Shown piece after piece: positions 50,201 to 61,800 of a stretch of DNA of 64,000 bases. How positions within the stretch are numbered: position 1 is the stretch's first letter; each line of letters begins with the position of its first letter. Origin of the DNA: Malacoraja senta (lineage: Eukaryota); contig JAXLNO010000110.1 in assembly GCA_038087875.1 (NCBI GenBank), positions 496,001 to 560,000 of the forward strand, written 5' to 3'. The translations under genes and the position numbers were made by a program. The notes under the pieces are model-generated. The model did no database searches, was not told the DNA's origin, and was given only the letters and a program-made list of their open reading frames with translations.

Positions 50201-51236
50201 TTAATATTTTGTTGCATATCCTTTGCATGCAATGACTGCTTGAAGTCTGTGATTCATGGACATCACCAGTTGCTGGGTGTCTTCTCTGGTGATGCTCTGC
50301 CAGGCCTGTATTGCAGCCATCTTTAGCTTATGCTTGTTTTGGGGGCTAGTCCCCTTCAGTTTTCTCTTCAGTATATAAAAGGCATGCTCAATTGGGTTCA
50401 GATCAGGTGATTGACTTGGCCACTCAAGAAATGACAATATTTTAGCTTTGAAAAACTCCTTTGTTGCTTTAGCAGTATGTTTGGGATCATTGTCTTGCTG
50501 TAGAATGAACTGCCAGCCAATGATTTTTGAGGCATTTGTTTGAACTTGAGCAGATAGGATGTGTCTATACACTTCAGAATTCATAATGCTACTACCATCT
50601 GCAGTTGTATCATCAATGAAGATAAGTGAGCCAGTACCTTCAGCAGCCATACATGCCCAGGCCATAATACCCCCACCACCATGTTTCACAGATGAGGTGG
50701 TATGCTTTAGATCTTGGGCAGTTCCTTCTCTCCTTCATACTTTGCTCTTGCCATCACTCTGATACAAGTTAATCTTCGTCTCATCTGTCCACAAGACCTT
50801 TTTCCAGAACAGTGATTGCGCTTTTAAGTACTTCTTGGCAAACTGCAACCTGGCCATCCTATTTTTGCAGCTAACCAGTGGTTTGCATCTTGCAGTGTAG
50901 CCTCTGTATTTCTGTTCATGAAGTCTTCTGCGGACAGTGGTCATTGACAAATCCACACCTGACTCCTGAAGAGTGTTACTGATGTGTCGGACAGGTGTTT
51001 GGGGATTTTTCTTTATTATAGAGAGAATTCTTCTGTCATCAGCTGTGGAAGTCTTCCTTGGCCTGCCAGTCCCTTTGCGATTAGTAAGCTCACCAGTGCT
51101 CTTTCTTCGTAATGATGTTCCAATCAGTTGCTTTTGGTAAGCCTAAGGTTTGGCTGATGTCTCTAACAGTTTTATTCTTGTTTCTCAGTCTCATAATGTC
51201 TTCTTTGACTTTCATTGGCACCACTTTGGTTCTCAT
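50201..51236 (-). pseudogene. Tc1 transposase pseudogene (DD34E type)
   Basis: N-terminus MRTKVVPMKVKEDIMRLR..., then WTDETK, QQDNDPKH and WPSQSPDLNPIE. Broken by a stop at about 50735 and a frameshift near 51100. Confidence 0.88.
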
Positions 51237-51296
51237 GTTGATAAACAGCAATAAAAGTTTCCAAAGGTGATGGAAAGACTGGAGGAAAGACTAGAT

Positions 51297-51591
51297 CAGG
51301 GGTGGGAACCTGCGGCCTTAAGGCCACGTGGCCTTCTAGGCCATTAAGTGCGATTTTTTGAATGAATCCAAATTTTGTAGAACAAATCCTTTTATTTTTA
51401 TTAATATGTTTTTGTTCTTCTTTTATTATTTTTATTTTAATCTTAAAATGAATGCAAGTCATGAGGGCTGTTTTAACAAAATAATGTACATTTTGAAATA
51501 TATCTAATTGAAATTTCTTGGATGCGGCGGCCTTATTAGATTACAGCTAACTTAATGCAGCATTCCAACATGAAAAGGTTCTCCACCCCTG
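51297..51591. mobile_element. hAT (Charlie-like) MITE nested in the Tc1 element
   Basis: TIR CAGGGGTGG..AACCT, with an 8-bp duplication GACTAGAT at 51289-51296 and 51592-51599. Confidence 0.88.
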
Positions 51592-51848
51592 GACTAGATG
51601 CTGAGAGTTCTCGACCTGCATTAAGGAGGCATTTAAACACACCTGAGCAATTACAAACACCTGTGAAGCCATGTGTCCCAAACATTATGGTGCCCTGAAA
51701 TGGAGAGGGGGGACTATATATATATATAGTCCCCCCCTCTCCATTTCAGGGCACCATAATGTTTGGGACATTATATAGTCCAATGTTGGAATGCTGCATG
51801 CATTAAGTTAGCTGTAATCTAATAAGGCCGCATCCAAGAAATTTCAAT

Positions 51849-51935
51849 TAGATAGATATATAGAGATATATAGAGATATATAGAGATATATAGAGATATA
51901 TAGAGATATATAGAGATATAGATATATATATATAT
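51849..51935. repeat. (TAGAGATATA)n / (TA)n microsatellite
   Basis: Directly visible 10-bp periodicity. Confidence 0.95.
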
Positions 51936-52826
51936 GTAATTTCTACATGCTGAAACCAAAATGTATAAAAATACCCTTTAATAAAATCTGACAATGTGCA
52001 CTTTAACCACATGTGATTTTTTTCTATTACAAATCTCAAATTGTGGAGTACAGAGGCAAATAAATAAATGATGGGTCTTTGTCCCAAACATTATGGAGGG
52101 CACTGTACATTTCACGCTGCCTCAGCAAGGCCACCAGGATAATCAAGGAAGAGTCTCACCCTGGTCATTCACTCTTCTCCCCTCTCCAATTCGCCAAGAG
52201 GTGTGAAAACAAGGTGTGAAAGCGCATATCTCCAGATTCAGGAACAATTTCCACCCAGCTGAAATCAGGCAAATGAATCATCCTATCAACAACAAGAGAG
52301 TGGTCCTGAGCTACTATCTACTTCACAGGAGATCCTCGGACTATCTTTAATCGGACTTTACTGGAGTTTATCGTGTATCTGTAACGCTATGGATGGCTCA
52401 ATTGTAATCATGTAGAAAGTTCCCGCTGACTGGTTAGCACACAAAAAAAGCTTTTCACTGTACCTCGATACACGAGACAATAAACAAAACTAAACAAGAG
52501 GTGCATTAGAGGGCTTAGCTTTAAAGCAAGAGGAGGAAAGTCTAAAAGAGTTTTACAAGGAAATTTTGATTTATTTTTTACAGAACCTTTTGGCCTAAAC
52601 CAATGATCCAGAGTCACTAGTTCACGTCACTATGCCTATGGGACATTTAATGTCAATTAATTAAATAATTAAAGGCTAGTATCAGAAAGGATAAATCAAG
52701 AAATTTCTGGGTGATTGTTATAGACAATCATTAAAGTTCTTCTGGGAAAGATATTTGCTACCCGATCCAATCTAGTAGCTGTCAACTCACACGCCGGCTG
52801 ATACAGGTCATGTCAACAAAAGACAA

Positions 52827-53076
52827 GAGTGCTGGAGTAACTCAGCAGGTCAGGCAGCATCTGTGGAGAACATGGATAGGTGACGTTTCACAGAATGCTG
52901 GAGTAACTCAGCGGGTCAGGCAGCATCTCTGAAGAACATGGATAGGTGACGTTTCACAGAGTGCTGGAGTAAGCAGGTCAGGCAGCATCTCTGGAGAACA
53001 TGAATAGGTGACGTTTCAGAGTGCTGGAGTAAGCAGGTCAGGCAGCATCTCTGGAGAACATGAATAGGTGACGTTT
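52827..53076 (-). repeat. Four tandem 59-67-bp copies of the Penelope terminal-repeat 3' half
   Basis: GAGTGCTGGAGTAA..CAGGCAGCATCT.TGGAGAACATG.ATAGGTGACGTTT repeated 4 times. Confidence 0.85.
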
Positions 53077-54432
53077 TGACTTCAACACCCTGGAAAAAGG
53101 TTCTGACTCTCTACCCTATTCTTTTATATACTTCCAACAGGTTTCTCCTCAACCTCCGGTGTTCCAAACAAAACAATCCGAGTCTGTCCAACCTTTGCCT
53201 GTAACTAATACCCACTAATCGAGGCATCATTCTGGTAAACCTCCTCTGCGCACTTTCCAAAGCCTCCATATCCTCCCTGTATCGAGGCAACCAGAACTGT
53301 ACGCGGCCAAACCAACGTCCTATAAAGCTGCATCATGACTTCCCAACTCATACTCAATGCCCTGAACAATGAAGGCAGGCATGCCATATGCCTTCTTTTT
53401 TTTTTTTAATTTGTATTTTATTAGAAGTACATTACATTACAACCACATACATTAGTACTTGTCATTTATATCTTCTTACAATTAATGTACTCCATTTATT
53501 TTTTACACTAGAAAAGGAAAAGATTGAAAGAAAGAAGAAAGTGAAGGAAAAAGTGAAAGTGTAGGAAATGTGACAACAAAAAAGGACGAAGACCCTATAA
53601 GAGCAAAATTAAAAACAAAAGAAAAAGAGTTAAGAAATAGACCCTAAGAAAGAAAGAGAGAGAGAAAGAGGAAAAAGAGAGAAACAAATATTTTTATGAG
53701 CATTACGTAAATGGGACATACCAACTCTTCAACTATCATCCCCCCTTTACCTGACCTCAATGCCTTCTTTACCTTGTTTTTTTCCTGCCGTCCTTCTCCA
53801 TGCTAAACAGAGCCGAGAAGTATTCATTTAAGACCTCAGCAATTTCTTACATCTCCATACACCGATACTTAAGTGGACCTATTTTCTCCCTAATTACCCG
53901 TTCGCTCTTCATATACACATAAAATCTTTTAAGATTCTTCTTTATCTTATCTGCCAGGAACACCTCATCGCCGGTTCGTCCTCCTCATTGTACTGTGTAC
54001 TCCTACGTCCATTATAATCCTTTTGTATTCTATTTCTATGCGCAAATATGGAATGGAGAAAGGAACTGCACACCTGAGGTGGAAGAGCAGCAGACTGGGA
54101 CAATGTCAAAGTCACAATGCTCCTTTAGAAGAGTTTGGTTTGGCTGCATTCGGTGTGTTGCATACAGTTCTAGTTACCACGTTACCTGGAGGATGTGAAC
54201 ACTTTGGAGAGAGTGCAGTGGAGGTTTTACCAGAATGCTGCCCGGAGTAGAGGGAAGATAGACACAAAAAGCAAGAATTTCATTGTCCTATCTGGTACAC
54301 ATGACAATAAACTCTCTCGACTTGACGACTTGAAAAGCTGGAGTAAGGGATAGGTGACGTTTCAGGTCGAGACTTGGTCTGAAGAAAGGTCTCGACCTGA
54401 AACGTCATATACTTGATACGAGTCCACTGACA

Positions 54433-55052
54433 CTCAGTCTGAATCTGACAGTCTCAGTCTGAATCTGACATTCTCAGTCTGAATCTGACATTCTCAGTCT
54501 GAATCTGACAGTCTCAGTCTGAATCTGACAGTCTCAGTCTGAATGACAGTCTCAGTCTGAATGACAGTCTCAGTCTGAATCTGACATTCTCAGTCTGAAT
54601 CTGACATTCTCAGTCTGAATCTGACATTCTCAGTCTGAATCTGACATTCTCAGTCTGAATCTGACATTCTCAGTCTGAATCTGACATTCTCAGTCTGAAT
54701 CTGACAGTCTCAGTCTGAATCTGACAGTCTCAGTCTGGATCTGACAGTCTCAGTCTGAATCTGACAGTCTCAGTCTGAATCTGACAGTCTCAGTCTGAAT
54801 CTGACAGTCTCAGTCTGAATCTGACAGTCTCAGTCTGAATCTGACAGTCTCAGTCTGAATCTGACAGTCTCAGTCTGACAGTCTCAGTCTGAATCTGACA
54901 GTCCTCAGTCCTGAATCTGACAGTCTCAGTCTGAATCTGACAGTCTCAGTCTGAATCTGACAGTCTCAGTCTGAATCTGACAGTCTCAGTCTGAATCTGA
55001 CAGGTCTCAGTCTGAATCTGACAGTCTCAGTCTGAATCTGACAGTCCTCAGT
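54433..55052 (+). repeat. 20-bp minisatellite, about 30 copies
   Basis: (CTCAGTCTGAATCTGACA[G/T]T)n running directly into CTCAGTCTGAAGAAGGGTCTCGACCCGAAAC. Confidence 0.95.
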
Positions 55053-56139
55053 CTGAAGAAGGGTCTCGACCCGAAACATCACCCATTCCTTCGCTCCAGA
55101 GATGCTGCCTGTCCCGCTGAGTTATTCCAGCATTTTGCGACTCTCTTCGGTTTAAACCAGCATCTGCAGTTCCTTCTTACACTAAATGCCTCTTAAACAC
55201 CACTATGATATGGTATCTGCCTCCACCACCACAGCTGGCAGCGTGTTCCAGGCAAGAAAAACTTGCCCTGTACTTCTTTACATTTTGCCCCTCTCACCTT
55301 AGTTAAAGCTAAGCCTTCTAGTCTTTGACATTTCCACCCTGGGGTAAAGGGCTCAGACTGTCTACCTTATGATTTTCTATACCTTTAACAGGTCTCCTCT
55401 TCACCTCAGACACACCAGCTCTGACCTCCCTTCCATCGAGGGGATCTACCACAGTCGCTGCCTCAAAAAGGCTGGCAGCATCATCAAGGACCCACACCAT
55501 CCTGGCCACACACTCATCTCCCTACTACCTTCAGGTAGAAGGTACAGGAGCCTGAAGACTGCAACGACCAGGTTCAGGAATAGCTACTTTCCCCCAAAGC
55601 CATCAGGCTATTAAACCTGGCTCGGACATAACACTGAACTTTACTAGCCAATACTGTTCTTGGTTCTTGGTTTCTTGGTCCTCCAAAATATTCCAAATGG
55701 AATTTAAACTGGAGGTGGTGTAGGGAGGACTTATTTGCACTTTATCAGTATATTGACCATTGTGTATATATTTATAGAATGCCTTGTAGTAAATGCCTAC
55801 TATGTTCTGTTGTGCTCAAGCAAAGCAAGAATTTCATTGTCCTACCAGGGACACATGACAATAAACTCACTTGACTCACTTGACTTGAAAATAGTACAAG
55901 TTTGTTCAACCTCACCTCATGGGAAAGGACTGCAGATACTGGGTTAAACTGGAGATAAGACACAAAATGTTTGAGTAATTCAGTTTGAAAACGTCACCCA
56001 TTCCTTCTCTCCAGAGACGCTGCCTGTCCCACCGAGTTACTCCAGCATTTTGTGACTATCTTCGGTTTAAAACCAGCATCTGCAGTTCTTTCTTAAACTA
56101 AACCATTGCTCGCCGTGTTTTACACATCCAGCTACTCAC

Positions 56140-56182
56140 ATCCATACGGTCGCCTTCCACTCGACTCCACTTCGTTTGCCAT
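56140..56182 (-). CDS. IQGAP3: IQGAP3-like exon 1, coding part (MANEVESSGRRPYG + 1 nt)
   Basis: ATG at 56182 next to a CpG-rich promoter, ending in a T|GTGAGT donor. The phase-1 end joins exon 2 (T+AT = Tyr). RRPYG resembles the RPxYG of the IQGAP1/2 N-terminus. Confidence 0.8.
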
Positions 56183-56279
56183 CTTTTTCCTCAGTTGTTA
56201 TCACTTTATTTGCGTTCCAGCTATTTATTCGCGTTAAATTAAAAAAAAAACGTTCTCCTCACTGTCCTTCTTTCGTCCC

Positions 56280-56640
56280 GAATATTCGCGCCAAATTCCC
56301 AACGTCCATTCAAACCCAGACCCGCCGCAAGTGACTGCTGCGCCGGGCGATGTGGGAGTTTGTAGTCCACCGCGGCATGCTCCGCATTGACGTAGATGTA
56401 CGGCGGACTACAGGTTCCGAGATGCAATGCGACTGCCTACCTTCGCGCCTGCGCGTACATGAGGGCCATTGCAGCAGGTACAACGTCGGACTACAAGCTC
56501 CAGGCCGCCTTCCGTCGCGCCTGCTCGAGGATGCGGATCGGTGATTGGTTAATACCGACGTCAGTCATGGAGTGGGCGTGGGGCTTTGTCCAATCGTCGG
56601 CCTAGGGGGGGCGGGGTTAGGCTGCCATGGCAACGATGGA
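56280..56640. promoter_or_regulatory. CpG-rich, probably bidirectional promoter of IQGAP3
   Basis: CpG-dense stretch about 100 bp upstream of the ATG. Motifs: E2F TTTGGCGC (rc 56288-56295); CHR TTTGAA (rc 56309-56314); ACTACA..TCC ZNF143/THAP11-type at 56351-56368(-), 56405-56426 and 56488-56504; CCAAT at 56544-56548(-) and 56590-56594; GC box 56608-56617; X-box 56621-56634. Confidence 0.8.
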
Positions 56641-56751
56641 ACAAAACAGGGTCAGTCAGGAAGGGGACACCTTGCAGCCATCTCCAGACACCCTGATCAC
56701 ATTTGTATCTCCAGGAGCAAGACAACTAACACTGGACTTCTGAATCCCGAG
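56635..56751 (+). other. Candidate non-coding first exon of a divergent gene
   Basis: Unique sequence right after the X-box/GC box, ending in a strong GAG|GTAAGG donor. The ATG frame stops (TGA 56741) before the donor. Human IQGAP3 is head-to-head with TTC24, but no coding match is visible here. Confidence 0.4.
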
Positions 56752-59346
56752 GTAAGGCAGAGTTGAAGAGTGGTGGAAAGTTGCATTTCTGACCTGAGGG
56801 TTGTGAAAAAAAAAGACCGAGCTGCATTTGTGAAGCGCCTGGCACATCCCCAATAGGTTATCCCAATGCACCAGGTGAAGCATGCTCGACGAAATGTGTA
56901 GGAAGGAACTGCAGATGCTGGTTTAAACCCAAGATAGACACAAAATGCTGGGGGGAGATGAAGGGTCTCGACCCCAAAACGTCACCTATTCCTTCTATCC
57001 AGAAATGCTGCCTGTCCCGCTGAGTTACTCCAGCATTTAGTATTTATCTTCAGTGAAACATGTTCGTTATTTGCAATAACTGACAGTTTTCACAGCAGGC
57101 TCCTACCAGCACGAGTGTGGAATTAGGCAGATAATGGGGATGAGTGGTAAGGGTGATCAGTACGGGTGTCAGGGGTTATGGGGAGAAGGCATGGGTAAGT
57201 TGGGGCTGCTTCCATGCTGTGACCGAACTGGTGCTGTGACCGATACTGATTGTTAACTGTGGCACAGCTGGTGGAGCCGTTGCCCTCACAGCGCCAGAGA
57301 CCCGGGTTTCACTACTATCTGTGTGGAGTTTGCATGTTCTCCCTGTGACTGCATCTGTGCTGTCTGTGTGGAGTTTGCACATTCTCTCTGTGTCCATGTG
57401 GGGCTCCTCCGGGTGTTCCTGTGTCCTCCCACATTCCAAAGACATGCAAATTTGTAGGCTGATTAGCTCCTGTAAATTGTCCCGAGCCTGCAGGGAATGG
57501 AGGTGAAACTTGGATAAGAGAATAGTGTGAATAGGGTGATCGATGGTAAGCATGGACTCAGTGGGCCAAAGGGCCTTTTACCATGCTCAATCTTTCAGTC
57601 AATTCAATCAATCAAGCACGGGTCCCAGGACATTAGGGCACATTTTTTGGCCATGAGGACTTTATTACTACCTGATATGATATCAAGGATCTTCGTCTCA
57701 AAGGAATAATGCGGGGCACTTCCACTTGAGTTATAGGGAGAGGTTGGATAGGCTGGAACTTTTTTTGTTGGAGAGTTTGGGGCGGCACAGTGGCGCAGCA
57801 GTAACTTGCTGCCTTACAGAGCCAGAGACCCAGGTTCGATCCTGACTACAGATGCTGTCTGTCCGTGATCAATTGAGTTTTCTCCGGCTGCTCCGGTTTC
57901 CTCACAAGGATGTACCGGTTTGGAGGTTAATTGGCTTCAGTAAAATTCTTAAATTGTCCCTAGTGTGCAGGATAGTGTTAGCGTATGGGGATTGGAGACT
58001 TGGTGGGCTGAATGGCCTGTTTCCATGCTGTATCTCTAAACTAAACTAAGCTAAAGCAGGATGCTGAGGAGTGACCTTATTGAAATGTACACAATCATGA
58101 GGGGCATGGATAAAATTAATGCTTGCAGTTGTTTTCCCCGGATAGGAGATTCAAAAGCTAGAGAGAATCATTCAGCATAAAAACATGCACTTCCACCTAA
58201 TTTGCCCATTCCGACCAAGATGTCCCATCTACATTACTCCCATCTGCTCGTGTTTAACCCATATCGCTCTAAACCTTTCCTATCCATGTACCTGTCAAAA
58301 TGTCTTTTATTCCAGTCTGAGGAAGGGTCTCGACCTGAAACGTCACCCATTGCTTTTCTCCAGAGATGCTGCCTGACCCGCTGAGTTACTCCAACATTTT
58401 GTGTCCATATTCGGTGTAAACCAGCACCTGTACTTCTGACACATTTTGTCTGCTCCACTGTGAAATCTCTTCCAGGTGTACCTACTTTGAAGAAGTTCTG
58501 CTCCTCTCTCCAACGGCAGTTCTGCAACACCCTCTCTCGCTGTTCCCCCTCTGTGATTTCTGAGTCCTAAGAAGGGTCTCATCCCAAAACATCATCCATT
58601 CCTTTTTCCAGAGATGCTGCCTGAACCGCTGAGTTATTCCAGCATTTTGTATCTACCTTTGGTGTAAACCAGCATGTGCAGCTCCTTCCTACATTAATGT
58701 CTTTAAAATGTTGTTATGAAGCCACATACGGTAACTATCTTAAACCTAATTGAACTGTGGTCACTTGTCCCAAAAGGCTCCTCCACACACACTTGATTAA
58801 CTTGCCCTTCCCAATTTCCCAATAATAGTATGTGGGGGCCTCCACATACTGTTAAAGAAAACTCTCCTGAACACTTTTGAGGAATTGCACCCCATCTAAA
58901 CCCTTCACACTATGATTTTTCCCAGTCTATACCTACTACAACAAACTTATTTGACCTGCAGCTGTCTGCAATCTCCCGACACATTTGTTCTTCTAATTCC
59001 CGTTAACTATTCGGGGATTTGTAGTACACCCCCAACAAGGTGATCATCCCTTTCTTGTTCCTCAGCTCCACCCATTCATCCTCTTTAACCAACAATGCAA
59101 CTCCCCCTCCTATTTTTCCCTCACCCCTGTCCCTCCTGAAGCTCCTGTACCCCGGAACATTGAGCTGCCAGTCCTGCCCCTCCCTTAACCGGGTTTCAGT
59201 CATGGCTGCAACGTCCCAGTCGCTCGTACCTATCCACGCCCTAAGCTCATCTGCCTTACCTGTCAGGCCCCTTGCATTAAAATACGCGCAGTTTAATCCA
59301 ACCCTCCTTCCTCGCTCTCCGGCTTTTTGCCTATTCTGTCCACTAA

Positions 59347-60632
59347 CATAGATACATAGATACATAGAAAGTAGGTGCAGGAGTAGGCCATTCGGCCCTT
59401 CGAGCCTGCACCACCATTCAATATGATCATGGCTGATCATCCAACTCAGTATCCCGTACCTGCCTTCTCTCCATACCCCCTGATCCCTTTAGCCACAAGG
59501 GCCACATCTAACTCCCTCTTAAATATAGCCAATGAACTGGCCTCAACAACCCTCTGTGGCAGAGAGTTCCAGAGATTCACCACTCTCTGTGTGAAAAAGT
59601 TTTTCCTCATCTCGGTCTTAAAGGTTTTCCCCCTTATCCTTAAGCTGTGACCCCTTGTCCTGGACTTCCCCAACATCGGGAACAATCTTCCTGCATCTAG
59701 CCTGTCCAAACCCATAAGAATTTTGTACGTTTCTATAAGATCCCCTCTCAATCTCCTAAATTGTAGCGAGTATAAGCCAAGTCTATCCAGTCTTTCTTCA
59801 TATGAAAGTCCTGACATCCCAGGAATCAGTCTGGTGAACCTTCTCTGCACTCCCTCTATGGCTATAATGTCCTTCCTCAGATTTGGAGACCAAAACTGTA
59901 CGCAATACTCCAGGTGTGGTCTCACCAAGACCCTGTACAACTGCAGTAGAACCTCCCTGCTCCTATACTCAAATCCTCTTGCTATGAAGGCCAACATACC
60001 ATTCGCTTTCTTCACTGCCTGCTGCACCTGCATGCCTACTTTCAATGACTGGTGTACCATGACACCCAGGTCTCGCTGCATCTCCCCATTTCCTAATCGG
60101 CCACCATTTAGATAATAGCCTTCCCGTTTTTGCCACCAAAGTGGATAACCTCACATTTATCCACATTATACTGCATCTGCCAAACATTTGCCCACTCACC
60201 CAGCCTATCCAAGTCACCTTGCAGTCTCCTGGCATCCTCCTCACAGCTAACACTGCCCCCCAGCTTAGTGTCATTCGCAAACTTGGAGATGTTGCTTTCA
60301 ATTCTCTCGTCCAGATCATTAATATAAATTGTAAATAGCTGGGGTCCCAGCACTGAGCCTTGCGGTACCCCACTAGTCACTGCCTGCCATTGTGAAAAGG
60401 ACCCGTTTACTCCTACTCTTTGCTTCCTGTTTGCCAGCCAGTTCTCTATCCACATCAATACTGAACCCCCAATACCGTGTGATTTAAGTTTGTATCCTAA
60501 TCTCTTATGTGGTACCTTGTCGAAAGCCTTCTGGAAGTCCAGATACAACACATCCACTGGTTCTCCCCTATCCACTCTACTAGTTACATCCTCGAAAAAT
60601 TCTATAAGATTCGTCAGACACGATTTACCTTT
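59347..60632 (-). mobile_element. CR1 LINE 3' fragment (RT), close relative of 34993-36490
   Basis: ORFs 60108..60575 and 59446..60081, ending in a (TATCTATG)n tail. Confidence 0.92.
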
Positions 60633-61800
60633 CCCACCACCCTGCCAATCTAGTTTAAACCCTCCCGCGTAGCATAAGCAAACCTTCCCGCTAGTATGTT
60701 GGTCCCCCTCCAGTTTAGGTGTAACCCGTCCCTTTTATACAAGTCACCCCTGCCCCGGAAGAGATCCCAATGATCCAGAAATCCAAATCCCTGCCCCGTG
60801 TACCAACTCCTCAGCCACACATTCATATCCTCTATCTTCCTATTCTTACCTTCACTAGCACGAGCTACTGGAAGCAATCCTGAGATCACTACCCTGCAGG
60901 TCCTGCTTTTCAGTCTTCTGCCCAATTCCATAAACTCGTGTTGCAGAACCTCCTTCCTCTTCCGACCTATAGCATTCGTGCCAACATGCACAACAACCTC
61001 CGGCTGCTCCCCCTCCCTCTTGAGGATATCGTGCAGCCGCTCCGAGACGTCCTGGACCCTGGCACAAGGGAGGCAACACACCATCCTGGAGTCTCATCTG
61101 TTGCCGCAGAATCTCCTGTCCGCACCTCTGACGATGGATTCTCCCACCACTACGGCTCTGCCTGACGTCACTCTTCCCCATTGAGCCTCAGCACCAGGGT
61201 TGGAATCACAGCCCTGGCAACCACTCAATCTTGTTGTGTCGTCCGCTCACAAGAAGGTGTACCTGTTTTCATTGGGTACAGCCACCGGAGTCTCCTGCAC
61301 TCCACGTTTACTCCTCTTTCTCACAGTCACCCACCTTCGCTCTTCCTGTATCCTTGGTGTGACAACCTCACTGTGGGCCTTATCCAGGAAACTCTTGTTT
61401 TCCCGGATGGCCCTGAGGTCATCCAACTGGTGCTTCAGTTTCCCAACACGTTTACTCAGGAGCGGCACCTGGACACAATATTCGCAGGGGTGGTTTCCAG
61501 AAGCTCCAGCAGTATCCCTGACTTCCCACATCCTGCAGGAAACACACTGCACCAACTTACCTGCCATTTCTTCAACGGACAAAAAAATCACAGCTTTGAA
61601 ATCAAGTGTAGCCTCCTTGCCTCAGTCTCCTCGCCGAAGACCCTTGAGCCAAAGACTCTCACTTTACTCACCAAGACCCTTGAGCCAAAGACTCTCACTT
61701 TACTCACCAAGACCCTTGAACCAAAGACTCACACTTTACTCACCAAGACTCTTCACCTCAACAAGGCCGCTCCGCTACAGCTGTACTTGTTTTTAATCTC
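60633..61800 (-). mobile_element. CR1 LINE 5' part: ORF1 (zinc finger + coiled coil + SGNH esterase) and 5' UTR
   Basis: MAGKLVQCVSCRMWE..CEYC; VCCLPCARVQDV, VVVHVGTN and LYKRDGLHLN. 36-bp x3 repeat at 61637-61745. The matching endonuclease start (YFNARGL..ETRL..RRDR..GGGVALLVK) lies at about 59000-59340. Confidence 0.85.

Larger units (their letters stand above)
49718..52105 (-). mobile_element. Tc1-family DNA transposon with long TIRs carrying internal direct repeats; defective
   Basis: TA|CAGTG(G/C)CCTCCATAATGTTTGGGACAAA termini. The host LINE fragment resumes across the TA. A second left end starts at 49946. Confidence 0.9.

Noticed and set aside
54433..55052. Regular short repeats resembling a CRISPR array
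   Set aside because: No unique spacers, eukaryotic context and no cas genes.
56627..56743. ATG-initiated 38-codon ORF on the + strand
   Set aside because: The ATG is the centre of the X-box palindrome and the frame stops before the donor; at most a uORF.
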